From NCBI RefSeq assembly GCF_009914755.1, contig NC_060932.1: DNA of 64,000 bases; one strand, written 5' to 3'. The translations under genes and the position numbers were made by a program. This document shows, in pieces, positions 53,584 through 64,000 of this stretch. The notes beneath the pieces are model-generated. The model did no database searches. It was not told the DNA's origin and saw nothing but the letters and a program-made list of their open reading frames with translations. How positions within the stretch are numbered: position 1 is the stretch's first letter; each line of letters starts with the position of its first letter. This DNA is from the human T2T-CHM13v2.0 reference genome, Homo sapiens.

Positions 53584-54534
53584 ATATATATAAATATATA
53601 TAATTATATATTATATATAATATGTATTTATTTTAAATAAATATATTTTAAATATATATTATATATAATATATAATTTTAAATAATATATATTATATATA
53701 ATATATAATTTTAAATAATATATATTATATATAATATATAATTTTAAATAATATATATTATATATAATATATAATTTTAAATAATATATATTATATATAA
53801 TATATAATTTTAAATAATATATATTATATATAATATATAATTTTAAATAATATATATAATATATAATTTTAAATAATATATATTATATATAATATATATA
53901 ATTTTAAATAATATATATTATATATAATATATAATTTTAAATAATATATATTATATATAATATATAATTTTAAATAATATATATTATATATAATATATAA
54001 TTTTAAATAATATATATTATATATAATATATAATTTTAAATAATATATATTATATATAATATATAATTTTAAATAAATATATATATTATATATAATATAT
54101 AATTTTAAATATATATATTATATATAATATATAATTTTAAATAAATATATATAATATATAATATATAATTTTAAATAAATATATATAATATATAATATAT
54201 AATTTTAAATAAATATATATATTATCTATAATATATAATTTTAAATAAATATATATATTATATATAATATATAATTTTAAATAAATATATATATTATATA
54301 TAATATATAATTTTAAATAAATATATATTATATATAATATATAATTTTAAATAAATATATATATTATATATAATATATAATTTTAAATAAATATATTAAA
54401 TAAATAATAAATTTAATAAATTTAAATAAATATATAATATATATTTATTTTAAATAAATATATTAAATAAATATAATTATATATAATTATAATTTAAAAA
54501 TATAAATATAATTATATATATTATATATAATATA
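53584..54534. repeat. Pure-AT minisatellite, 33-bp core unit ttttaaataatatatattatatataatatataa
   Basis: ttttaaata recurs with period 33 (53709, 53742, ...); variant units and degenerate ends. Confidence 0.95.
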
Positions 54535-55079
54535 CGTTCTGTGAAGCTAAGTAACAGGGTAGAAAAGAGGGAAAAAGAGGAAGAGCTAATTTAAAATTCG
54601 AACATTTAGTCAATCAAGACCTCCCTGAGAAAGCAGAATTTAAGGTGACGGTCATCTCATTTTTCTATGAATACATGCTTGGTAGGATGAGGGTTTCTCT
54701 GGTTATTTCAATAGTGTATCATACATATAAGGCCAAAGACATGCATTCTGATCAATCAGTATAAATCAGCAAACTCACCTGCCTTTGTCCTGCTCTTAGT
54801 GGAAAAATGGGAATGTTAAGAATACTCAAAATCTTTGGTAGAGTATCACTCGTCTGTCCTACTTTAACCTTTGTCTTCATATGAAACCAGATTATCAGGA
54901 AAGCGTGTAGCTCCCTCCTATCCACGGATGCGTGTCTGGGATAAACTGCTACTTGAACTAGCCATTTCTGGAGAGAGAATATTGGAAACAGGCACTAAGT
55001 GAGAAAGACACATCCTGGAAAGCTGGCCACAAGAATGGCATAGGAGTAGTGGGCAGAAAAGCAGACTTGATTTTGTGAT

Positions 55080-55480
55080 GGGATCAGGTAACAGAAAATA
55101 AACAGACTGTTTGGGATGGGGCACAAAGAAATGCCAAATAAAGCATGCAGGGGAGATTGTCCCTCTGTTCTTTGGTAATACTGTTCTTAGAGAAAAGGCT
55201 ATTCCATTTTGTTAGCTCAGCAGCAAAAAAGATAGAGATGAATTGGAGGAAGTTCAGCAGAGCAGTGAATGGGGTGGATAGTTAGCTTCTGGGGAAAAAG
55301 GTGATAACATATAATGCTTTTGAGGGACTGTCATAGTTTTCTGTTACAATGCTAGAAACCAGAGACACCAAGTGGGGAGTGAAATTACTTGGGTACACAG
55401 AGGTTTAGTGGAAAATGATTGCATATGGTTAAGAATATAAGAAAATAGGTTAAACTCAGGGATGAATTCTAGCAGAGAGG
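55080..55480 (+). mobile_element. Possible CR1/L3 remnant
   Basis: tgtccctctgttctttgg...gaattggaggaagttcagcagagc resembles the CR1 ORF2 3' end. Confidence 0.35.
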
Positions 55481-56269
55481 GAATCAATTTATCAGCAAAT
55501 TAAGTCAGCATGCTAGAAGTAGGAGCAGCTTAATATAAAGTATAAGATATGTATCTTTCCTCATAAACTTTCAGCTGTGGAATGCCTACAGCCAAACCAT
55601 TCTGTCTCTCACACACTTTTTTGTGAACAGTCTTGGTTCTGTCCTGAGGGCATTTGCACCTGCTGTTCCTTATGTCTAGATTTGTCATTGCCTACCTTTT
55701 CTCCCTCCCACCCAAGATCTCTGAATGGCTGGCTTCTCATTGTTATTCAGGTCTCACGTCTCAGCTACAATGTCACCTTCCCTTGTTTTAAAATGAGGCT
55801 GTGAGTAGTTAGCAACTTGACAAATATCACACCATGTCTCACTCCAGAACCCAAGCCCTCCAGTCTCAATGCTGCTTTACTTAATAAGAAATAGACATTT
55901 TAGTTAGAGAAAATATAGTTTAGCTTATATGATGGGAGATCTAGAGGTAGCAGTTTCTCATCTGAAGTCTAGGAAGGGTCAACCAAAAAGAAAGAAAATA
56001 TCTGGTGACCACAAGCCATCACTTGTGGTATCTTAAAGAAAGCTTTATGGCAAAAATAGACAGGGGCCTGTAGGAGAGCCACTAGCTTACAGAATATTCA
56101 ATGGATGGGCTTTTACCTAGATAATTATGAATAAGATTCCTGCTCACTAAACATCATCAGTCTCTTTTTGGACAATAAACATACACTAACCGATGGAAGG
56201 GTTTATTGATAAAATAAACTCTGAGTACTGTACCATTAAATGAGATGACATGTATTGTTTGTTTTGGAG

Positions 56270-56460
56270 CCATATATTGAAGTAAGTGCTTTACATACTG
56301 TATTTCATTTAATCTTGACTACAACCCTGTGAGGTAGGTACTATTGTTATATATCCATTTTACAAATTAGGGAAGTGAGGTTTAGAGGTTGAATGACTTT
56401 CTGAAGGTCACAGTGCTATAAAGTAATGGGAACAAGAGGTGAGCCAGATAGTCTAAAGGT
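56270..56460 (-). mobile_element. MIR
   Basis: tttcatttaatcttgactacaaccctgtgaggtagg...ccattttacaaattagggaagtgagg. Confidence 0.75.
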
Positions 56461-57969
56461 ACCACATCTATAAAAATGCACTGTACCCTCCACCCCTTCC
56501 TGTACCCTCAAACCCATATTGACAACCATTTTGTATAAATAGAAAATAATAACAATTATCTACTATTTGCCTATTCTATCTCAGGTGCCATACAGATTTT
56601 TATATATTTCATTAAATTCTTTACATATATATCATTTAGTATTTACAAAAATTTTAGTGGATGGGTATTATTGTCACCAGTTAATAGATAAGGAAATAAA
56701 GGATGTAAGTTGTTAAGTAGCTTGAGCAATATCACAGTGGAAAAGATATATTTGAACCATGCTCTTTTAATTATCTGGTACTTTCTCCATAAAAGTATTT
56801 TGAGCACCTTGGGGGAGGTATTCAAATCTTAATCTGTGAGAACATAACCACTTTTTTCCACAGCTCCTCTTTGAGGCTCTAAGCCCCCAACACAAGCCTG
56901 CCCTCCTACTCTGTGTCCCATGCTTTCCCCCGCTGTACAACAGGGCATGCATGGGTGCTCTTAGAGCAGGCAATGGAGTACTGGTTTGTGCTGGAAACAA
57001 GAAGCCAGTATGGCTACTGGAGGCACTTGCAGGTCTTCTACAGTGAGCAGATCAGGGTCTCCTGGAATAGCATTTCTTCTGCTCTTATAATTGTTAAGTT
57101 CATTTCTTCTGCTTCAGACTTCAGTTCAATCTCTAAGATCTGAAATAGCTAGTTGCCTGTTTAGAGTAGATACTATCAATATTTGTTCAGGGAATGCTTG
57201 AAGAAACCTGTACTCATTTAGTCTTTTTTTCCTTGTTTCTCCAACTGGAATAATTCTGTTAATTTCATAAAATTGTTACCCAGAGCTGCCATTTTCTGGT
57301 CTCCTAATTCATGAATGTAACTCTTCTCTGAATCCTTCTTAATGTCTCCATTATGCTCTGTAGTGTCCTTTACTAGAACTAAACATACCACTATTTAGGA
57401 GTATAAACAAGTTCAAACCTGATTCTCCATGTATAGCAAGATGTAGGAGAATGGCAAGTCAAAGAGTAAATCGATTGATGACGAGTGAATGATAGAAGCT
57501 ACCAGATAAGTTTTAATCTTAGACTCTGTATTATGCTCTGTTTTCAATTAAAAAAATATTATTATATCCCTTCCCCTACCCATGAACCCATATGGCCCCC
57601 AGGACAGAAGGATAAGATAAAGTGTTTACTGACTTTGTTGGAGACCTCCCAGTAAAGACAAGTGCGTCTTTCCAGGGCCTTATATCTGAATTTTTATCTT
57701 GCACACCAAAAATATGCTCAATTAAAAGGGATTCAATGGATAAATAATTTTGGAGTCGTTGGACACACCATCTCCCTCTTAGAGTGTCTCAGTGTACATA
57801 AGCATATTTAAGTCCAGTAGTAAAGCCCTGTAGTCAGGAGACCTATTTAACTCAGTTGGCTCAGATGTATTTACATACTGCCTGTGATCAGCCACTGAAG
57901 ACACTGGAAAAATTCAATTTTAGAGTAATAGAGTTTGAAAAGAACATTTCCTTTTATTTAGATATATGA

Positions 57970-58420
57970 TGTGATGGTTAATAGTGCTTATCAACTTGGT
58001 TGGATTGAAGGGTGCAAAGTATTGTACCTGGGTGTGTCTGTGAGTGTGTTGCCAAAGGAGATTAACATTTGAGTCAGTGGACTGGGAAAGGCAGACCCAC
58101 CCTCAATCTAGGTGGGCACAATCTAATCAGCTGCCAGTGTGGCCAGAATAAAAGCAGGCAGAAGAATGTGGAAAGACTAGACTGGTTTAGTCTTCTGGCC
58201 TACATCTTTCTCCCCTGCTGGATGCTTCCTACCCTTGAATATCGGACTTCAAGTTCTTCAGCTTTGGGATTTAGACTGACTTCCTTGCTTTTCAGCTTGC
58301 AGATGGCCTATTGCGGGACCTCACCTTGTGATCGTGTGAGTCAATATGCCTTAATAAACTCCCCTTTATATATCCATCTATCCATTAGTTCTGTCCCTCT
58401 AGAGAACCCTGACTAATACA
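57970..58420 (+). mobile_element. MLT2A1 (HERV-L) solo LTR
   Basis: tgtgatggttaat ... gagaaccctgactaataca; 451 bp; TSD tatga/tatgg. Confidence 0.92.
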
Positions 58421-58912
58421 TATGGTATCTGAGAACACAGACTTCCTATATGAAGTTCTACACAGGTGTTATGTCACTGTTGAGCTGGGGGATTTCATGC
58501 TAGATTCCAACTTGTTCGGTTTTTTTAAAAAATCATATTGATGTTTTTGAAAACACTCTTCTAATCTTTATAGAAAATCTGTCTCCAATAAATTCATGTA
58601 AACCCCTTCAATTTACTTGAATTTTAGCTTGTGCTTCCTTTTTATACAAAGTTTTCCATAAGTTTAGTATTAGTGGTATGAAGTGGTTCTCTGCTTCAAT
58701 TCATTTGTCTTAAATATACCTATTTCATGCTCTAAGAGATGTCTTTTAAATTAAATGAATGAGTTGCCTAAATAATTTATTATTCCATAAATTTATATTA
58801 CATAATTCTTTTATTAGTTACCATTCATCTCTCTGACTTTAAAAAGATCGAATGTTGCTAGTCAGGTTTTATTTAGCATTTTATCTCTCATCACCCTGGT
58901 TACCTTGAGTGC

Positions 58913-59359
58913 TGTATTAGTTTACAGGCTGCCATAATAAATCACTACAAACTGAGTAGTCCAAAGAAACAGAAATCTATTCTATCCCAGTTCTGGACTC
59001 TAGAAGTCTGAAGTCAAGCCATCAACAGAGACATGCTCACTCCAAAGGCTCTAGGGAAGACTTCTTCTTTGCTTCTTCTAGTTTCTGGCAATCTTTGGCA
59101 TTCCTTTGGCTTTGGCAGCATAATCCCAATTTCTTCTTCATCTTTGCATGGCCTTCTTCTATGGGTGCCTGTGTGTTTCTGTATCCAAATGTCTCTCTTC
59201 TCATAAGCACACCAATCATTAGACTTAGAGCTCATCCCAATACAATACATGATGCATCTCAACTTGATTACAGATTCAAAGGCCTTATTTCCAAATAGGA
59301 AACAGTTCCAGATTCCAAGTGGACAAGAATTTTGGGGAGACACCACTCAACTCAGCGTA
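58913..59359 (-). mobile_element. MLT1C-like MaLR LTR (3' LTR of the composite provirus)
   Basis: tgtattagtt...ggctgccataa...ggctctagggaaga...ctttggcattcc...ttatttccaaatagg. Confidence 0.85.
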
Positions 59360-59910
59360 GTCCACTCTCTGGGTCCCAAAAGTTCATGTCTTTCCTATGT
59401 GCAAAATACATTCCCTCCATCCTAACATCCCCAAAAGTCTTGAGTCATTCCAGCATCAACTCAAAGTCCAAAATCTTACTACATATAATTAACTTGAAAA
59501 GTTCAAAATCTCCTCTTCTAAATCATTTAAATCAGGTATGGGTGAGAATCTGGGTAGGGTCCATCCCGAAGTAAAATTCCTCTCTATTAGTGCACCTGCC
59601 AAACTAGAGAACACATTATCTATGTCTAGAATACAATGATGGGACAGCCACAGGGTAGAAAATTTTCATTCTAAAAGTGAGAAACTGGGAGGAAAAAAGG
59701 GGTGATGAGTCCCAAGCAAGTTTGCAACCCAGCAAGACAAGCAGAATTTCAAGGAGTGAGAATAATTCTCTGTGGCTTGATGCTCAGAGAGCCTGAGGCA
59801 TCTGCCCTCTCTTCTTGGCCCACATGAGTGGTAGTGCTGTCCTTTCAGCCTGTCACTCTACCCTCAGTGCCCTCAGAGTCATGTTTCCTTTTGCTTTAAG
59901 GGTAACATAC

Positions 59911-60201
59911 TTTGTTTGTTTGTTTGAGACAGGGTCTCACTCTGTTGCCCAGACTGGAGTGCAATGATGTGATCTTGGCTCACTGCAACCTTCACCTCCT
60001 GGGTTCAGGCAATTCTCTTGCCTCACCTTCCCAAGTAGCTGGGACTACAGGCATGAACCACCATGCCTGGCTAATTTTTTGTATTTTTCGTAGAGACAGG
60101 TTTTGCCATGTTGGCCAGACTGGTCTCGAACTCCTGGCTTCAAGCAATCCATCAGCCTCCCTAAGTGCAAGAATTATAAGTGTGAGCCACTGCGCCCAGC
60201 C
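59911..60201 (-). mobile_element. AluJ-like
   Basis: (TTTG)n tail; TSD gggtaacatacttt (59900, 60204). Confidence 0.9.
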
Positions 60202-60332
60202 ATGGGTAACATACTTTTTCAGCTGAGTTGCTCTATCAGCCTGTTTCCTGCCTGTAGAATCCCAAAAGTCCAACAGCTTTCTTTCACTTCATTCCATCTC
60301 TGTCCTGTTTAGTCCAAGCTACGGCTTTTAGT

Positions 60333-60422
60333 TGTATAACATTCTCAAAACCCTGAATAGTCTTCTGTGAACATCATGTATAACATTCTCAAAACCCTTA
60401 ATAGTCTTCTGTGGACATCATG
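60333..60422. repeat. 44-bp tandem duplication
   Basis: tgtataacattctcaaaaccct... at 60333 and 60377, 2 mismatches. Confidence 0.9.
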
Positions 60423-61042
60423 GGGATCATGCCATTAGACAAAAAGTTTCTCCACACATTCCTCCTGGATACCCCGTCGCTATTCCTGGCCTTTGCTGAC
60501 ATGGCTGATTGAATGCATAAGTCATATGCCTAATCTCTTCAGCAAAAGAATGTCCAACTAGACCCCAACTTGGGGTTCTCTTCTAGAACTTGCTTTCTCA
60601 TATTTTTGCAATGTGACTAGGCTGAGAATTTTCTAAATCATCTGGTTCTGGTTTATTTTTTGCTTAGTAGTTTCTTTCTCCATTTCTTTCCTTTCACATT
60701 TTATTATAGGCTGCAAGGAGAAACCAGGCCACACTCTGTTTGGGAACCTCAGTTAAATATCCAAGTTTATTGCTCGCAGGTTCTGCTCTCTACCCAACAA
60801 CAGACTACAATTCAGCCAAGTTTATTCTACTTTCTAACAAGGATCACCTTTCCTCCAGTTTTCAGTAGCATGTCCCTCATTTCCATCTGAGACTTCACCA
60901 AAGCATCTTCAATGTTCATATTTCTAGCAACATTCTGTTCATGACAATAGGTATTCTCTAAAACAATAGAAATTTCCCTACAGTCCTCCTTCTTTACTTC
61001 TTTCTGAGAGCTCATCAGAATTGCCTTCAATGTCCACATTTC

Positions 61043-61675
61043 TGTTACCAAAAGGGGGTCCTGATCCAGACCCCAAGAGAGGATTCTTGGATCTCATGCA
61101 AGAAAGAATTTGAGGCAAATCCATAGGGTAAAGTGAAAGCAAGTTTATTCAGAAAGTAAAGGAATAAAAAATGGCTACTCCATTGGCAGAGCAGCCCAGA
61201 GAACTGTTGGTTGGCTATTTTTATGGTTATATCTTGATTATATGCTAAACAATGTGTGGACTCCTCATGAGTTTTCTGGGAAAGGGGTGGGCAATTCCTG
61301 GAACTGGGGGTTCCTTCCCCTTTTCGGCCATATAGGGTAACTTCCTGATGTTGTCATGGCATCTGTAAATTGTCATGGCACTGGTGAGGGTGTCTTTTAG
61401 CAAGCTAATATATTATAATTAGCGTATAATGAGCAGTGAGGACCACCAGAGGTCACTTTTGTCACCATCTTGGTTTTGGTGGGTTTTGGCCAGCTTCTTT
61501 ATTGGAAGTTGTTTCATCAGCAAGGTCTTTGTGACCTGTATCTTGTGCCAACCTCCTGTCTCATTCTGTGACTTAGAATGTCTAACCTCCTGGGAATGCA
61601 GCGCAGTAGGTCTCAGCCTCATTTTACCCAGCCCCTGTTAAAGATGGAGTTGCTCTGGTTCAAACGCCTCTGACA
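61043..61675 (-). mobile_element. MER41B solo LTR (ERV1)
   Basis: tgttacc ... caaacgcctctgaca; 633 bp; exact TSD TTTC; retains the GAS segment. Confidence 0.92.
61274..61303. promoter_or_regulatory. Tandem GAS (STAT1) motifs
   Basis: TTCTGGGAA 61274-61282 and TTCCTGGAA 61295-61303. Confidence 0.7.
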
Positions 61676-61836
61676 TTTCTATTAGAATCTCTTCAAAGCA
61701 ATCTAAGATTTTTCTATCATGCACCTAAAAACTCTTCCAGCCTCTATCCATTATTCAGTTCCAAAGCTACTTCCATATTTTTATTTATTTATTTATTTAT
61801 TTACACAATAGCACCCTACTTCTTGGTACTAAAATC

Positions 61837-62294
61837 TCTATCAGCGAGGGCTCTCAAGAGAAACGAAACCAATAGAACATACACACACATATACATATAT
61901 GTACACATATGTGTGTTCTTTATATGAGTGTGTATATTAACGAATACGCATACATGATTTATTTTAAGAAATTGGTTCGTAAGATTGGGGCCTGGTATAT
62001 CTGAAATTTGTAGGGCAAGCCAGCAGCCTGGAAGCTTAGTCAGGATTTCTATGTTGCAGTTTTGAGGTCAAATTTCTTCTTCCCTGGCAAACCTCAGTTT
62101 TTGCTCTCAGGACTTCCAATTGATTCAGTGAGGCCCACCCACATTATTGAGGATAATCTCTTACTTAATGTGAGCTTATTTTAGATGTTAAACACGTCTA
62201 CAAAGTGCCTTCACAGCTGCACCTAGATTAGTGTTTGACTAAATAACTGGGTATTATGGCCTACCCAAGTTGACACATAAAACTGCACGTTACA
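61837..62294 (-). mobile_element. MLT2 (C/D-like) ERVL LTR (5' LTR of the composite provirus)
   Basis: gagaaacgaaaccaatag + (CA/TA)n, gaggcccacccacattattgagg, ccaagttgacacataaaa...taca. Confidence 0.85.
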
Positions 62295-62614
62295 AGTGCT
62301 TTTCCCTATTTCTTCTGCATTTCCAGATTATTTCTCTTAAATTGCAGAGAGCAGAGCTATACATAGCTATCCAGGTCTAACTTCACGAAGAATAGAATGG
62401 TTTCTTTTCATTTTCAATGTACATCATACTTTGTCAGACTTTTTTTTCAGTTGCAGCTCTTCGTTGGACTGGTGATAGTATTGGCTTTATTAATCTCTCA
62501 TTCTCTCACTTATTCATTCCACAAACATTTGTAGAAGGCCACCAAGCTCTAGGGAGAGGAAAATGGTTTTATAAATTAGTGCTTTCTGGGATAAAGGAAA
62601 TTTATAATCTGTAC

Positions 62615-62760
62615 TACTTAATAGTAGCCACTAGCCACATGTGGTTTTCGAACACTAGGAGTATACTTAGTATTACTGTGGAAGTAGATTTTTATTTTCA
62701 TTTAATTGTAATTAATTTAGGTTTACATTTAAATGTCTAAATGACACTACTGTATTGGGA
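62615..62760. mobile_element. MER3/MER33-like hAT-Charlie fragment
   Basis: gtagccactagccacatgtgg...ttttattttcatttaatt. Confidence 0.65.
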
Positions 62761-62780
62761 AATATAATTTCCCTTATGCA

Positions 62781-62860
62781 ATTGTGGTACAAAATTCATT
62801 GTGGTTTTTATCATTAAAAGTAATGGCAGAAACCACAATTATGTTTGTACCAACCTAATA
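62781..62860. mobile_element. MADE1 MITE (Hsmar1-derived)
   Basis: tggtacaaaattcattgtggttttt...taatggcagaaaccacaatt...tgtaccaacctaata; ~80-bp palindrome. Confidence 0.85.
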
Positions 62861-64000
62861 CATTATTGAGTTTCTTTTACTAAGATACAGGGATAAATTA
62901 GATTTTGATTATTGTTTCAGAGATTGTTAGAGTAAGAAGGAACTTCGAGCAAAAGAGGATTTTAGAGTTGTTTTTCTTTTGTGGATGAGGACTCAGAGGT
63001 CATATGAACTGCTGAGAATTAGAGCTTGTTAGCAGTAGTGCAGGACCCAGAACTTGGATTGGCTGCCTGTCAATTCAGTGTTTATTTCCCTACCCTGTTC
63101 TATGTCCCCATCTAATTAGACCATTTGATTTTCCACCTGGAATCCCCAGCCCACTTTGACTCTAATTAACAAATGCCTCTAAAAATAGAACTCAACTTTG
63201 CACACGGTTTCAGAATGATTGCATCTTCCCTGCTCCATGGCAGAATGATCTGGCATTTTCTTTCAGGAGCTAGTTGGCTTATGACACACCTACCACCTCT
63301 GCAGTGATGCCAAAGGGATGTTCTCTCTACCTGACCTGCATATGCTTTATTGGAGAAGGAAAACCATTCTATCTGCATAGCACTGAGTCATCAGTATTTT
63401 CTTTGGAGAAAAATGTCACTTGGCCCACATGATGCAATTTTTGCCATAGCACTTTCCTTGATAAATCTTTAGCTGACAAAAACAGAGTGAGAAGAGCATC
63501 CTAAGAGTTTCTCACAGGACTATTGATCTATTTTCTTATACTAGTGAACTTCCTTTGTTCATTTGCACTGTGTAAAATAAATGCATTTATATTGACAGTG
63601 TGCCTTTGTCAGGATACCATCCTTATTAAAATAAGCTTGAAAATATTTTGCACTATACCAATAACAGGATGTCATATTGACTCTGCATTTAATATAATAT
63701 CAAAGTATTAAATATAGCCCATGAAGCACTCAAAGTTTGCTTCTGCTCTTTTTAGATAAAGTAAAATTTAAAAATAATGGCAATCAGTTGCTGCATAAAA
63801 TGGACCTGTGCCTTGCAATGGGCATTGGATTTGAGGAGCAGATGGAAAGTATCTCTGAGATGAGAACGATTAAGTAATATAATTTTAAACATGCTTTGCC
63901 AACAACAGATTTTCTGTCACACTGGTCAATTATTAAAGATGAAATTCTTATACCAGCTAGAAATGAGGATTGTTATTTAAGGGAAGGAGACGATACTATC

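Larger units (their letters stand above)
59360..61836 (-). mobile_element. MaLR internal sequence with nested AluJ and MER41B
   Basis: ccccaaaagtcttgagtcattccagcatcaactcaaagtcc at one end, cagttccaaagctacttccat...ttggtactaaaatc at the other. Confidence 0.8.

Overview
Primate (human-like) non-coding DNA: AT-rich, CpG-depleted and dominated by transposable elements. I find no credible protein-coding gene, RNA gene or processed pseudogene; the long ORFs I checked fall in Alu, L2, LTR or low-complexity sequence. Recognisable content is 13 Alus, three old L1 3' ends, L2/MIR/CR1 remnants, many MaLR/ERVL/ERV1 LTRs, DNA-transposon relics and a pure-AT 33-bp minisatellite. Subfamily names come from recalled consensus sequences, not a search. 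The most unusual observations are: (1) a MaLR provirus with two different LTR families (MLT1C and MLT2) inside one 5-bp target-site duplication (TSD), carrying a MER41B with intact tandem STAT1 sites; (2) a ~950-bp AT minisatellite grown inside an AluY tail; (3) a 100-bp near-perfect hairpin beside a mosaic of self-templated ACTAGT repeats; (4) a 28-nt orphan retro-insertion with all hallmarks of L1-mediated insertion; (5) a strong minus-strand bias of Alu/L1, suggesting an intron of a plus-strand transcript. None of this establishes a new biological system; these are candidates to check.
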